Source: a bacterium | GTDB taxonomy: Bacteria > SZUA-182 > DTGQ01 > JAFGSM01 | Assembly (NCBI GenBank): GCA_049472335.1 | Contig: JBLIRO010000007.1 | Location: forward strand, 13,244-77,243 | Length of the DNA stretch: 64,000 bases | Reading direction: 5' to 3' | Shown here: positions 1-10,533 of the stretch, piece by piece | Numbering within the stretch: the stretch's first letter is position 1 | Layout: every line of letters begins with the position of its first letter | Translations under genes and position numbers: made by a program | The notes under the pieces: model-generated | Database searches by the model: none | Told to the model about the DNA's origin: nothing | What the model saw: the letters and a program-made list of their open reading frames with translations, nothing else

Positions 1-1390
1 ATTGCTCCTCTTTTATGGGCAAGGGATACTCACCGGTAAAACAGGCACAGCAGATCCTGTCTTTCATATGTCCGACGGATTTTTTCATGCCTTCTACACT
101 CAGATACTCTAAGCTGTCTGCCGCGATAAAATTGCTGATCTCTTTATTTGTATGAGAAGATGCTATTAACTCCTGGCTGGTAGGAGTATCGATTCCATAA
201 AAACATGAATAACATACGGGTGGAGAAGAGATTCTCATATGAATCTCACGTGCCCCTGCCGAACGGATCAAGGAAACGATCTTTTTGCCTGTTGTGGCCC
301 TGACTATGGAATCATCGATCACAATAATCCTCTTCCCTCTGATTAACTCCTTTACCGGGTTCAGCTTCAATTTGACCCCAAAGTGACGGATCGATTGTTT
401 TGGCTCAATGAAGGTCCTTCCCACATAACGGTTTCGGATCATACCAATATCATAGGGGATTCCCGATTCCTCCGCATATCCCAAAGCTGCGCTGTTTCCT
501 GAATCAGGTATAGGTATGACAATATCGGCATCTGTCCCGGATTCTCTCGCCAGTTGCCTTCCAAACTCCTTTCTGGTCAAATGGACATTCAGGCCGTTAA
601 TCATGCTATCAGGCCTTGCAAAATATATATATTCAAATACACAAAAACTTGTCTTTTCAGGAGAAAAAGGCTTAAAACTTCTTACGCCGGCATCAGAGAT
701 AATTACCATTTCACCCGGCTCGATCTCCCTTATCAGCTCGGCACCGATAAGATCCAATGCACAGGTCTCAGAGACGAGGCAGAAGCCTTCTCCGATCTTT
801 CCAAGCGCTAAGGGGCGGAAGCCGCGGGGATCGCGTATCCCGATCATCCGGCCTTCGCTTAAAAAAAGAAGCGAATAAGCCCCTTCGATCTTAGAAAGGG
901 ATTCAATAATCCTTTGCGGAAATCCTATTGCCTTAGACCGGGCAATCAGGTGGACAATGACCTCACTGTCTGTTGTGGATTGAAATATGGACCCGTCCTC
1001 CACCAAACGATTACGGATCTGATCGGCATTGACAAGATTCCCGTTATGGGCTATGCCCATTGTACCATGTGCATATTTGACTACAATGGGCTGAGATTCT
1101 GCTATTGAACTTTCACCTGCCGTTGAATAGCGTACATGACCGATTGCCATATTGCCAGGCAGTTGCGCCAGCCTGGACCGGCTAAATACATCCGCTACCT
1201 TACCCATGGCCTTTTCGATATACATTTTGCCTTCATCCGAAGACAAAATACCCGCGCTTTCCTGCCCACGGTGTTGCAAGGCAAAAAGCCCAAGATAAAC
1301 CAAATTGGCCGCTTCAGGATGGTTATAAACACCTACCACACCGCAGTGTTCATTCCATCTCCGGCCTGTTTTCTCTTTTTCTGTAAACAT
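1..1390 (-). CDS. purF: amidophosphoribosyltransferase PurF; the 3' end runs off the window
   Basis: My own reverse-strand translation from the ATG at 1390 gives MFTEKEKTGRRWNEHCGVVGVYNH...GIAHNGNLVNA...IVIDDSIVRATT...CCACFTGEYPLP, showing the Ntn-amidotransferase Cys and the PRTase motif. It is absent from the ORF track because it is open at the window edge. Confidence 0.93.
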   Translation of the reverse strand, partial: MFTEKEKTGRRWNEHCGVVGVYNHPEAANLVYLGLFALQHRGQESAGILSSDEGKMYIEKAMGKVADVFSRSRLAQLPGNMAIGHVRYSTAGESSIAESQPIVVKYAHGTMGIAHNGNLVNADQIRNRLVEDGSIFQSTTDSEVIVHLIARSKAIGFPQRIIESLSKIEGAYSLLFLSEGRMIGIRDPRGFRPLALGKIGEGFCLVSETCALDLIGAELIREIEPGEMVIISDAGVRSFKPFSPEKTSFCVFEYIYFARPDSMINGLNVHLTRKEFGRQLARESGTDADIVIPIPDSGNSAALGYAEESGIPYDIGMIRNRYVGRTFIEPKQSIRHFGVKLKLNPVKELIRGKRIIVIDDSIVRATTGKKIVSLIRSAGAREIHMRISSPPVCYSCFYGIDTPTSQELIASSHTNKEISNFIAADSLEYLSVEGMKKSVGHMKDRICCACFTGEYPLPIKEEQ

Positions 1391-1396
1391 CTTGTT

Positions 1397-3610
1397 CTAT
1401 GTCAGCTTTTCCGGAAGGCTTTTCTCCCATAGAAAGCTCAGCCTCCTTATAGGACTCTTAATCCATGGGCCGATCTTCAGGTCATCACCCCCAACACGGC
1501 CGATAACCTGCCATGGGATTGCAATCCTGGTTGCCAGTCTCTCCCACTCCGGGATACTTTTTTCGTCAATACTGACAATAATTCTGGAAGGGGCCTCTCC
1601 AAAAAGCATGGAATCTATTCTATCACCTTTATTCAATCTGATTTCAGCCCCCACAAGTCCTGAAGGGGAAAAACATGATTCAGCAAGTGCTACGGCAATT
1701 CCTCCCTCTGAGCAATCGTGCGCGGATTTGATTATTCCAAGCTCGATTCCGCGCAGGCAAGCGCTTTGAACCTTGACTTCAAAAGAAAGATCCACCTGTG
1801 GAGGTTCTCCTGTTATAAGACCGTGTTCCGCTTTCAAATATTCACTTCCACCGAGATGATCCCCTATTTCACCTACAAGACAAATCAGGTCCCCTTCCTT
1901 CTTGAACCATGGCGTGACAAGTGCACATGTATCCTTCAAAAGGCCCACCATACCAATGACAGGTGTGGGGAAAATAGGCTCTCCAAGCGTCTGATTATAA
2001 AAGCTGACATTTCCCCCTGTCACAGGTGTTGAAAAAAATTCGCACGCTTCGGCAATACCTTCGACTGCTTCATCAAACTGCCACATGACTTCAGGATTTT
2101 CGGGATCTCCAAAATTGAGGCAATTTGTTATGGCTAAAGGTCTTGTACCCGTGCATACCAAATTCCGCGCCGCCTCAGCCACGGCGAGTCTGCCTCCCAT
2201 ACGTGGGTCCAGGTAACAATAACGGCCATTGCCATCCAGTGTCATACCTATAGCCTTAGATGTACCCATTACCCTCAAAACCGCAGCATCCCCGCCAGGC
2301 AGAAGTATGGTATTTATACGTACCATATGGTCATACTGCTCGTAAACCCATCCCTTGGAACCAAGCTCAGGTGAACCCATCAGTCTTTCAAGAACGGCCG
2401 TATAATCATCGGGCTCCGGAAGGTTATCAGATACCCACGCACGATTTTCCTCTATATATGCAGGTCTTTTTTTAGGATTGTTATATACAGGCGCGTCTTC
2501 ACTCAATGCCCGGGCAGGAATATCAGCTACCTGGCGTCCGTCTTTTTTCACACGCATTCGCCCGTCCCCTGTAACCCGTCCAATGGTTAATCCATGTAAA
2601 TCCCATTTGGAAAAAATCTCCTCAATTTCCCTCTCCCTTCCCTTTTTGGCGACAAGAAGCATCCTCTCCTGGGATTCTGAAAGCATGATCTCATAAGGGG
2701 TCATACCCTCTTCCCTTACAGGCACCAGATCCAGGTCTATATCCACCCCTGCCCCTCCTCTTCCCGCCATCTCACAATTGGAACAGGTAAGACCCGCGGC
2801 GCCCATATCCTGGATTCCGACAATGTAATCCGTCTTCATTAATTCCAGGCAAGCTTCGAGGAGAAGCTTCTCTGTAAAAGGATCACCCACCTGTACAGTT
2901 GGCCTTCGTTGCTCCGATTGCTCATTGAATTCCTCAGAGGCCATGGTCGCGCCATGTATTCCATCTCTTCCTGTGCTTGATCCGACATATATAACTGGAT
3001 TACCCTCTCCGCATGCCCGCGCATAAAAGATCCTTTCCCTGTGTGCAATTCCCAGGCAAAAGGCATTAACAATCGGATTTTGAGAATAACACTCCTCGAA
3101 GCAGACCTCTCCACCCACCGTTGGAATGCCCATGCAATTACCATATCCGGCTATCCCCGCAACTACCCGTGTCATGAGATACCTGTTTTTAGGATGATTC
3201 AGGGGACCAAAACGCAGGGAATTAAGACACGCTATGGGCCGCGCTCCCATTGTGAAGATGTCCCTGATGATTCCCCCCACTCCGGTAGCAGCACCCTGAT
3301 ATGGCTCAATATAGGAGGGATGGTTATGACTTTCTATCTTGAAGATCATAGCCAGATCATCATTAATTGCCACAACTCCGGCATTTTCGCCGGGCCCTTG
3401 AATGATCTGTTCCCCTTCGGTCGGAAATTTTTTTAATATGGCCTTTGAGCTCTTATAGCTGCAATGTTCCGACCACATCACAGAGAAAATACCAAGCTCT
3501 GTGTAATTTAGCTCCCGGCCAAGCAAGCGCTTGGCCCGTTCATATTCCTGTGGTCTCAGACCATGCTGTTCAATGATCTCTGGTGTGATTTTAATCTCAT
3601 AAGGATTCAT
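1397..3610 (-). CDS. purL: phosphoribosylformylglycinamidine synthase subunit PurL (FGAM synthase II)
   Basis: 737-aa ORF containing [18 protein letters not shown] and the tandem AIR-synthase-like halves typical of small PurL. It sits in a purS-purQ-purL-purF run. Confidence 0.95.
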   Translation of the reverse strand: MNPYEIKITPEIIEQHGLRPQEYERAKRLLGRELNYTELGIFSVMWSEHCSYKSSKAILKKFPTEGEQIIQGPGENAGVVAINDDLAMIFKIESHNHPSYIEPYQGAATGVGGIIRDIFTMGARPIACLNSLRFGPLNHPKNRYLMTRVVAGIAGYGNCMGIPTVGGEVCFEECYSQNPIVNAFCLGIAHRERIFYARACGEGNPVIYVGSSTGRDGIHGATMASEEFNEQSEQRRPTVQVGDPFTEKLLLEACLELMKTDYIVGIQDMGAAGLTCSNCEMAGRGGAGVDIDLDLVPVREEGMTPYEIMLSESQERMLLVAKKGREREIEEIFSKWDLHGLTIGRVTGDGRMRVKKDGRQVADIPARALSEDAPVYNNPKKRPAYIEENRAWVSDNLPEPDDYTAVLERLMGSPELGSKGWVYEQYDHMVRINTILLPGGDAAVLRVMGTSKAIGMTLDGNGRYCYLDPRMGGRLAVAEAARNLVCTGTRPLAITNCLNFGDPENPEVMWQFDEAVEGIAEACEFFSTPVTGGNVSFYNQTLGEPIFPTPVIGMVGLLKDTCALVTPWFKKEGDLICLVGEIGDHLGGSEYLKAEHGLITGEPPQVDLSFEVKVQSACLRGIELGIIKSAHDCSEGGIAVALAESCFSPSGLVGAEIRLNKGDRIDSMLFGEAPSRIIVSIDEKSIPEWERLATRIAIPWQVIGRVGGDDLKIGPWIKSPIRRLSFLWEKSLPEKLT

Positions 3611-4308
3611 CCTGCAACTCCCATAGTCTCTTTAATAAGGGATGAAAAGATTACCCTGCCATCCTCCGAACCCAACAGGGTTTCGGCGCATCTTTCCGGG
3701 TGTGGCATCATACCTAACACATTTCCATCCTTATTACAGATCCCCGCTATATTCCCAACAGAGCCATTGGGATTAAATTCATCCTCTACCCTTCCATCAT
3801 CTCCGCAATAACGAAATACCACCTGTCCCTTTTTTTCCATCTCTGCAATATTATCAATATCATTATAATAACATCCCTCCTGGTGGGCTATGGGCATTCT
3901 GAGTATCTGCCCCACATTGCCTGCGCAGGTAAAAGGCAAGGATGCGTTTTCCACCCTTATATAAACATATTTACAAATGAAACAGAGCCCCTTGTTAGTC
4001 AACATTGCACCGGGAAGCAATCCCGACTCGAGGAGGACCTGGAAACCGTTGCAAATTCCCATAACAAGCCCTCCTTTCTGGGCAAATCCCTTTATCTCAT
4101 TCATAATGGGGGAAAATCTCGCTATGGCGCCCGCCCTAAGATAATCCCCATATGAGAATCCTCCGGGCAGAAGGATAAAATCATATCCCTTCAGGTCCTT
4201 TTGCTTATGCCATATATAATCCGTTCCTAAACCCATGACATGCTTCAAAACATGGTAACAGTCATGGTCGCAATTTGAGCCAGGAAAGGCAATTACCCCG
4301 CAACGCAT
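3607..4308 (-). CDS. purQ: FGAM synthase glutamine amidotransferase subunit PurQ
   Basis: 233 aa with a class I GATase pattern (GICNGFQ nucleophile elbow, HPE near the C-terminus). It overlaps the purL start by 4 bp. Confidence 0.95.
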   Translation of the reverse strand: MRCGVIAFPGSNCDHDCYHVLKHVMGLGTDYIWHKQKDLKGYDFILLPGGFSYGDYLRAGAIARFSPIMNEIKGFAQKGGLVMGICNGFQVLLESGLLPGAMLTNKGLCFICKYVYIRVENASLPFTCAGNVGQILRMPIAHQEGCYYNDIDNIAEMEKKGQVVFRYCGDDGRVEDEFNPNGSVGNIAGICNKDGNVLGMMPHPERCAETLLGSEDGRVIFSSLIKETMGVAG

Positions 4309-4563
4309 TTAAACACCCCCCTGTATTTCAAATCTGTATTCCTCAATAACAGGATTGGCCAGAAGCTTCCGGCACATCTCATCTATCCTGCCCTTAGCTT
4401 CCTCGGGGTCTCCATCCTTGAGGTGAATTAAAACATATTTACCAAGTCTCACACCTTCCACCTCATTATAACCCAGGGAATCAAGCGCATGATGAATTGT
4501 CTTTCCCTGTGGATCTAAAACACCGGACTTCAGAGTTATGTAAATCTTGGCTACCATGATCAC
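4309..4563 (-). CDS. purS: FGAM synthase subunit PurS
   Basis: 84-aa ORF directly abutting the purQ start, with a typical PurS sequence (VLDPQG...LGY). Confidence 0.9.
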   Translation of the reverse strand: MIMVAKIYITLKSGVLDPQGKTIHHALDSLGYNEVEGVRLGKYVLIHLKDGDPEEAKGRIDEMCRKLLANPVIEEYRFEIQGGV

Positions 4564-4630
4564 CCTTTCTTAAAGTAATTAATATATTTATGAAATAAAG
4601 GCAAAAAAAGGATTAATTCTTCACATCGAA

Positions 4631-4659
4631 ATTATACGTTAATTTATGTATATTCACAA
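4631..4659 (-). promoter_or_regulatory. candidate sigma-70 promoter for purSQLF
   Basis: The minus strand reads TTGTGA, 17 nt, TATAAT, about 65 nt upstream of the purS ATG. Confidence 0.35.
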
Positions 4660-4804
4660 TAGAAAATATTCTTGTTCTTATATTTCTTTTAAATCATAAA
4701 AACCCATTTTACAATATAATACTGTTATTTTTCTAAATATCTTGATTTAGAAAGCCGATAACATATAATAGTGAAATAATATTCAGACTATTTGGAAAAA
4801 AATT

Positions 4805-5653
4805 ATGACTTCGGTGATGAAAATAAAATTCTGGGGAGTCCGGGGCTCGATCCCGAGCCCCGGCAAGTCTACCGTCAGATATGGTGGTAACACTTCCTGC
4901 GTCAGTATCCACACCGGCTCAAATAAAATCCTGGTCTTAGACGCAGGCACAGGTATACGTGAGCTGGGTAATTCAATAAAAGGGGGCCATGAAGAAATTT
5001 TTATCCTTTTATCCCATCGCCACTGGGACCACATTCAGGGCTTTCCATTCTTCTGGCCCATCTATGAATCGCACAGAAAGGTTAATATCCTTTCTAATGA
5101 ACAGGGGAAAAGCATGATATTATCCCTCCTCAATCAGATGGACGGCGCCCATTTCCCCATTGAACCACAAAATCTACCTTCCCTTCATCAATGCATAAAT
5201 GAAGATGTCTCGTCTTTCCTCAGCCATTATGGCTTTACTGTCTCCAGGATAGCCACGAACCATCCGGGCAATGGTTATGGTTATCGCGTTCAGAAAAATA
5301 GTCATTCCGTGATATATCTCACTGATAATGAGCTTGAACCTCCATATAAAAAAGAAACAGAATTTTATGAATTTGTCCAATTCTGCAGGGATACGGATTT
5401 GCTGATACACGATGCTCAATATCTGGAAAAGGATATGCCTCAGAAGCATGGTTGGGGCCATAGCCTGATAATCCAGGTATGCAAGTTAGCCGCGGAGGCA
5501 AAAGTAAAACACTTGATATTGACACACCACGATCCTGAGCGCACTGATAAAGAGATAGATGCCATCCAAAACAGTGCGCGCACCTGGTTCAAGGATAAAG
5601 GCCTTGATATCCAATGCACCGCTGCCTATGAAGGGCTCACAATTTATATCTAA
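4805..5653 (+). CDS. MBL-fold metallo-hydrolase
   Basis: 282 aa with the HxHxDH motif (SHRHWDHIQG) and an N-terminal KFWGVRGSIPSPG...YGGNTSCV pattern. Confidence 0.8.
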   Translation: MTSVMKIKFWGVRGSIPSPGKSTVRYGGNTSCVSIHTGSNKILVLDAGTGIRELGNSIKGGHEEIFILLSHRHWDHIQGFPFFWPIYESHRKVNILSNEQGKSMILSLLNQMDGAHFPIEPQNLPSLHQCINEDVSSFLSHYGFTVSRIATNHPGNGYGYRVQKNSHSVIYLTDNELEPPYKKETEFYEFVQFCRDTDLLIHDAQYLEKDMPQKHGWGHSLIIQVCKLAAEAKVKHLILTHHDPERTDKEIDAIQNSARTWFKDKGLDIQCTAAYEGLTIYI

Positions 5654-6414
5654 AAACAAGGAAAGCATGCTACCCGGATACTACCCACCACACAGTTTCC
5701 TGCTGGGTCACAGCAGCTACAGATGTCTTTTAGCGTGACATTAATATCTGGTCTAGAGATTGTCACACTAGTGTTTGTATCCGCCAGGGACTCGTCGATA
5801 GTAGGGGGCCCGGACAAAGCATCAACAAAATGATGATTCATACTGGATGCGCTCTCTGCTTTTGCAATCGTCGCATACAATGATATCATATCTGGTATAT
5901 TATTATAGAAAGAATATGGGCTAAGATCGAGTACCGCATTGTAGCCATCACTGACAACCGCTACATCCCCTTTGAAGAAAGGATACTGTGGCTGGTAAGT
6001 GATGCCCCTCGTCCAATCCGATAGGGATGGTGTCGTCCATGTCCAAACATATTCCAGGAATGCCGGCAGAACGTCAAGAAAACCCATGTACCAGCGAGCG
6101 TTAAAGTACGGGTCGATGTCAATTCTTGATGTCTGAATGTAACCAGGATATTTAGTATATTCAGTCAATGGGTTAATGGTAGTACTAATGGGGTAATCGC
6201 TTGCGTTGTAGCGCCCATTAGTTGTGCTTGTGATCCAGCTAGTGAAGGGCCATTCTCCGAGGGATGGCTTATATAAAAAAGGACTAAAGCCCGGATCAAT
6301 CACACCATCTAACCAGTAGTGATCAGGCGGCGAGTCAATCTGTGTGTATGCAGATGCACATACTAAAATAACAAAAATGAAACTTCCAATTAAAATAAAC
6401 AATACCTTTTTCAT
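5650..6414 (-). CDS. secreted hypothetical protein with a C-terminal Cys cluster
   Basis: I placed the start at the internal ATG at 6414, preceded by GAAGGGA. It has a signal peptide (MKKVLFILIGSFIFVILVCASAYTQ), an aromatic-rich body and a C-terminus CSCCDPAGNCVVGSIRVACFPCF. I recognise no family. Confidence 0.55.
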   Translation of the reverse strand: MKKVLFILIGSFIFVILVCASAYTQIDSPPDHYWLDGVIDPGFSPFLYKPSLGEWPFTSWITSTTNGRYNASDYPISTTINPLTEYTKYPGYIQTSRIDIDPYFNARWYMGFLDVLPAFLEYVWTWTTPSLSDWTRGITYQPQYPFFKGDVAVVSDGYNAVLDLSPYSFYNNIPDMISLYATIAKAESASSMNHHFVDALSGPPTIDESLADTNTSVTISRPDINVTLKDICSCCDPAGNCVVGSIRVACFPCF

Positions 6415-6702
6415 ATCTATCCCTTCTTTCAATAAGTTGTTAAAAACATTCAAACCTGCTACATCCTTATTATTCATAGTACTACCTCCTTTTTAGAAAA
6501 ATTAATACTGACAAGATTACACCGCATCGCAGAGGATTTGTAACTCTTACGTTTTTAATAGACGTAAAAAAAAATATAAATTTCCTTGTGAATTTTTTGC
6601 GACCGGCGGATTTGCCAAATCACAAGTTATTAGCCCAAAATTAAAATTTCTGGTCAAAACCGGTTCGACCCGAATCTCTTACTTTGATATAATCATTTCA
6701 TT

Positions 6703-7827
6703 ATGAATATGAAAAAGCAGGAATGGATCATTATTCAGGAGGAACTAGAGAACCGGATCCTATACGGACTTAGCTGTGAATGGAAACTGGCTCTTTCGAT
6801 AGCAAATCTCCCCAAAAGAGACCTTATGCAAATGCCCTTATTCAGCATCAAGGATATGAAAGGAAAATGGGGATATTGGTGCAAAGAAAGGCGTGAAATC
6901 TCATTAAGCCGGAACCTTATTTTGAATCATTCATGGGATTCCGTCAGGGAGATACTGATTCATGAAATGGCCCATCAATATACGGATATGATCCTATTCG
7001 CCCGGGATGAGCCTCCACATGGGCCCAGTTTCCACAATGCATGCCATATTCTCAGGGCTAATCCAAAGGCATCGGGTTCTTATCCACCCCTTGATGAAAG
7101 GGTTTCAAATAAAACACTCAATCTTGAAGACAAGATTCTGATAAAAGTAAAAAAGCTTTTGGCCCTTGCGAAAAGTCATAACAAAAACGAGGCGGAAGCA
7201 GCAATGACCAAAGCTCATGAGTTCATGGCAAGATACAACCTAGACCCTTTTGCACCCGGAAAAAGCCGTAATTTTGGTAGTATTTTCCTAGGCAAGCCTG
7301 CTCTTCGACATAGCAGGGCAGATTATCTCCTTGCAAATATTCTGAATGATTTTTATTTCGTGCAAGGGATTTGGGTTTCTGCTTATGTTCTGGTAAAAGG
7401 CAAAATGGGAAGGGTTTTGGAAATAAACGGAACTATTCGGAATATCCAGATAGCATTTTATATATATGATTACATCCAAAATTTCATTAAGAGCCAATGG
7501 TCATATTATATTAAAGATAAGGAATTAAACCATCACGGAAAGACCGATTTTGCTGTGGGCATTCTGGAAGGCTTTCGATCTAAAATAACTTCTCAGGAAA
7601 AGGAGGAAAAAGGTCCCGTGATGAGCCGTTCACTTATAGAAACTGAAGACCCTCTATTTGTAAATTATTTACATTATAGATATCCTCGCATCTCAACATT
7701 TAACAAAAGTATCTATACCCGGGATGAAAAACTGGTGAATGATGGAAAAAGGATCGGCAAAGGGCTTATTATTTCTGAAGGGGTTACGGAAAAAAAAGAA
7801 AGTCAAAGATTTCTGCCAGGGAATTAA
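6703..7827 (+). CDS. SprT-like zinc metallopeptidase domain protein with a DUF2786-like helix
   Basis: It contains an HEMAHQ (HExxH) motif and then KVKKLLALAKSHNKNEAEAAMTKAHEFMARYNL, which resembles DUF2786. Confidence 0.6.
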   Translation: MNMKKQEWIIIQEELENRILYGLSCEWKLALSIANLPKRDLMQMPLFSIKDMKGKWGYWCKERREISLSRNLILNHSWDSVREILIHEMAHQYTDMILFARDEPPHGPSFHNACHILRANPKASGSYPPLDERVSNKTLNLEDKILIKVKKLLALAKSHNKNEAEAAMTKAHEFMARYNLDPFAPGKSRNFGSIFLGKPALRHSRADYLLANILNDFYFVQGIWVSAYVLVKGKMGRVLEINGTIRNIQIAFYIYDYIQNFIKSQWSYYIKDKELNHHGKTDFAVGILEGFRSKITSQEKEEKGPVMSRSLIETEDPLFVNYLHYRYPRISTFNKSIYTRDEKLVNDGKRIGKGLIISEGVTEKKESQRFLPGN

Positions 7828-7842
7828 ATTTTTTGAAATGGT

Positions 7843-7967
7843 TCACCACTGAGACACAGAGGCACTGAGAAATAATTTTGGAAGTAACACTTACAGAGCA
7901 GATAATGGTGAGGTAATAAAATTTTTATCTTTTGATTTTTCTCTGTGTCTCTGAGCCTCCGTGGTGA
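7843..7967. repeat. REP/MITE-like imperfect palindromic element (ACACAGAG core)
   Basis: The left arm is TCACCACTGAGACACAGAGGCACTGAGAA (7843-7871). The right arm is TTTCTCTGTGTCTCTGAGCCTCCGTGGTGA (7938-7967). The arms are approximately reverse-complementary, and a related element lies at 32130-32188. Confidence 0.6.
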
Positions 7968-7983
7968 GATGAAGGAGTAAGTT

Positions 7984-8306
7984 ATGGACCAGTTAAACAA
8001 AATGTATTCAGAATTCGATGATATGTATAAAAAACTAAAGGGATGAAAGAACGCTTCGAAGATATAAAACAATTTTATGAAGAGGCGGATAAACAGGTTG
8101 AAGAGATGAGGCACCACCATGAAGAGGAAGCCAGAAAGATCTTTGAGGCATTGGAAAAACGGGATGAGGAGATCAGAAAATATTTAGAGACCAAAGAACA
8201 GGACAGAATAAGTCATTTACTCGCTGATATGGGGAATTTAATAGATGAGATGTTTGATATAAGGCTCAAACTTCTCGATAGCAGATATGATAAGGAGAAT
8301 GCATGA
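7984..8306 (+). CDS. small coiled-coil protein, either frameshifted or a 20-codon leader ORF coupled to an 87-codon ORF
   Basis: A strong SD (GAAGGAG, 6-nt spacer) precedes the ATG at 7984, and that ORF stops at 8044-8046. The stop overlaps the ATG of ORF 8043-8306 (ATGA), which has no good SD of its own. Both parts are charged and helical. Confidence 0.45.
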
Positions 8307-8602
8307 TTCAAAAAAAGATAAGATTGACACGGAAAGAAGCAGAGAGTTATGTGATTCCCTTTGGCAAATTTAATATGGTGGCTGTTGTTACAGATATCGG
8401 AATGATCGGATGCGGGATGTTTGATGTGTTAGCATTGGATAAATTCGATTACCCCGCAGCAAGGCTAAAATCAGATACTGGAGGTCTCATTGACAACGTT
8501 GATGACCTCTTGAGGGGAATTGTTAAGGATGCAAACAAAGCTGCCCAAAACAGGGGTATAGAGATTGGCATGACAGGCGCACAAGCCCTTGATTTATTGT
8601 AA
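8303..8602 (+). CDS. DUF1805 (YunC-like) domain protein
   Basis: 99 aa with the pattern IPFGKFNMVAVVTDIGMIGCGMFDV...ARLKSD...A, typical of YunC-family proteins. It overlaps the upstream ORF by 4 bp. Confidence 0.65.
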   Translation: MIQKKIRLTRKEAESYVIPFGKFNMVAVVTDIGMIGCGMFDVLALDKFDYPAARLKSDTGGLIDNVDDLLRGIVKDANKAAQNRGIEIGMTGAQALDLL

Positions 8603-8859
8603 CAGTTTAACATTTTGTAACTTTAGGGACTTGACAGTTTAGGAACTTTAGCGCACTTTCTAATCAGCTTTATCTTATATTCTTTTCCAAACTTTTATCT
8701 CTTAAGGCTTGCATTTAAAGACAAAATTCTACCTGCCGGCTGATATTTGACATATCATATTTACTATGTCATATTATTTGGCAATCTTGATATTTGGAAT
8801 CTCTTTAAAAATTTTCAGATTTATTAGCTAAGATCCCAATCCCTTTATCATTTTAGAAT

Positions 8860-10374
8860 ATGGGCATTAAAGAATCTATATTTAACAGTTTAAATGGAGC
8901 GTTTGTGGGAGAGGCAATTTCCGAATATGCCACAACTGTTCTATTGATAGATGACTCACGTACAGTTTGTGAGGCTATGAATGAAATCTTTAAGGATGAA
9001 GAGGATATAAAATTTTATTATTGCACTGATCCGGCACAAGAGGAAAAAATGGCCGAGGAAGTTAAACCTACTGTCATCCTTCAGGACCTTGTTATGCCAG
9101 GGATAGATGGATTAACCATGGTTAGCAAGCTCAGAGAAAATAAAATAACCCGCGATGTTCCCATGATTGTTCTTTCCGCCGAAGAAGATCCTAAGATCAA
9201 GGCCGAGGCCTTCGCGCTTGGTGCCAATGATTTTATGGTAAAATTTCCGAACAAAATCGAACTCGTAGCCCGGATTCGTTATCATTCAAAAAGTTATATC
9301 AATTTGTTGCAACGCAATGAAGCTTATCAGGCCCTGATTGAAAGTCAAAGAAGGCTTGAACTACGTAACCGTTTTATCCGTGAAACCTTTGGTCGTTACC
9401 TGTCTGACGATGTAGTAAACAAACTTCTGGAATCTCCCGAAGGGCTTAATCTGGGCGGAGAAAAGCGTAAGTTGACCATCATGATGTCCGATTTAAGGGG
9501 TTTTACATCTCTGGGAGAGAAATTGACACCTGAGCAAGTGGTTAATGTTATCAATAACTATCTAGAGACTATGACGAACATCATTTTTAACTACAATGGA
9601 ACTATTGTGGAGTTTATTGGAGATGCCATTCTCTCTATTTTCGGAGCGCCAAACCAAATGGAGGATGATGCAGCTAAGGCAGTTGCATGTGGGATTGAAA
9701 TGCAATTAGCCATGGATTCCGTCAACGAAAGGAATAAAAAAGAGGGCATGCCGGAATTAAAAATGGGTATAGGTATTAATACCGGTGAGGTCGTTGTAGG
9801 AAATATCGGCTCACAAAAACGCACCAAGTACGGCGTTGTTGGAAATAATGTAAATCTTGCTTCCAGGATAGAATCGTTTACCGTCGGCGGCCAAATACTC
9901 GTTTCTGAAAATACCAAGAAGGATGTGGGTGACATATTGAAGGTGAGTAAAGAGATGGAAGTAGAAACAAAGGGTATAGATGAACCGATTACAATATATG
10001 AAGTGGTTGGAATCAGCGGCGAATATGACCTTTATATGCCCGAAATATTTAGAGATGAACTTCTCTGTCTGCCAAAGGAGATACCAATAAAGTTTGTTTT
10101 AGTTAAAGATAAAAGCGCAAGCGGCACACTTCATCTGGGAAGTATCATCAAACTGTCATCTTTAGAGGCGGAAATAAAATCCCAGACAAAGGTCCGAGAA
10201 CTCTGTGATTTAAAATTTCTGTTGGTGGGACAAAATGACGAAGATATTCCCATTGAGCTTTACGCAAAAGTGATTGACCGGAAAACCGACGATGCCTCCA
10301 CGTTCTTAGTCCATTTCACATCCATGCCTAAAGTCACGGAAAATTATTTAAAAGGGCTTTTGGAAACCTGTTAA
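8860..10374 (+). CDS. response-regulator receiver fused to a class III adenylate/guanylate cyclase, with a C-terminal PilZ-like region
   Basis: REC domain: LLIDDSRT...ILQDLVMPGIDGL...DFMVKF. Cyclase domain: IMMSDLRGFT, FIGDAILSIFGAP, GINTGEVVVGNIG, YGVVGNNVNLASRIE. The last ~120 aa contain DKSASG, resembling the PilZ DxSxxG motif, but I see no clear RxxxR. Confidence 0.9.
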   Translation: MGIKESIFNSLNGAFVGEAISEYATTVLLIDDSRTVCEAMNEIFKDEEDIKFYYCTDPAQEEKMAEEVKPTVILQDLVMPGIDGLTMVSKLRENKITRDVPMIVLSAEEDPKIKAEAFALGANDFMVKFPNKIELVARIRYHSKSYINLLQRNEAYQALIESQRRLELRNRFIRETFGRYLSDDVVNKLLESPEGLNLGGEKRKLTIMMSDLRGFTSLGEKLTPEQVVNVINNYLETMTNIIFNYNGTIVEFIGDAILSIFGAPNQMEDDAAKAVACGIEMQLAMDSVNERNKKEGMPELKMGIGINTGEVVVGNIGSQKRTKYGVVGNNVNLASRIESFTVGGQILVSENTKKDVGDILKVSKEMEVETKGIDEPITIYEVVGISGEYDLYMPEIFRDELLCLPKEIPIKFVLVKDKSASGTLHLGSIIKLSSLEAEIKSQTKVRELCDLKFLLVGQNDEDIPIELYAKVIDRKTDDASTFLVHFTSMPKVTENYLKGLLETC

Positions 10375-10420
10375 TAAATAATAATTCCCTTCATTATTGA
10401 TAAGTGATTCAGGCCGGTAC

Positions 10421-10448
10421 TTGACCTATGAAATGTTGGTGTTATATA
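10421..10448 (+). promoter_or_regulatory. candidate sigma-70 promoter for the giant ORF
   Basis: TTGACC, 16 nt, TATATA, about 85 nt upstream of the ATG at 10534. The ATG itself is preceded by GGGGGAG. Confidence 0.35.
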
Positions 10449-10533
10449 AAAAAGACACAATCAAGATTTTTTGATTTATGAGAATGCCAATTTGACCAGG
10501 GTTTACAGTAACTAAAGCGGGGGAGCAATAAAT

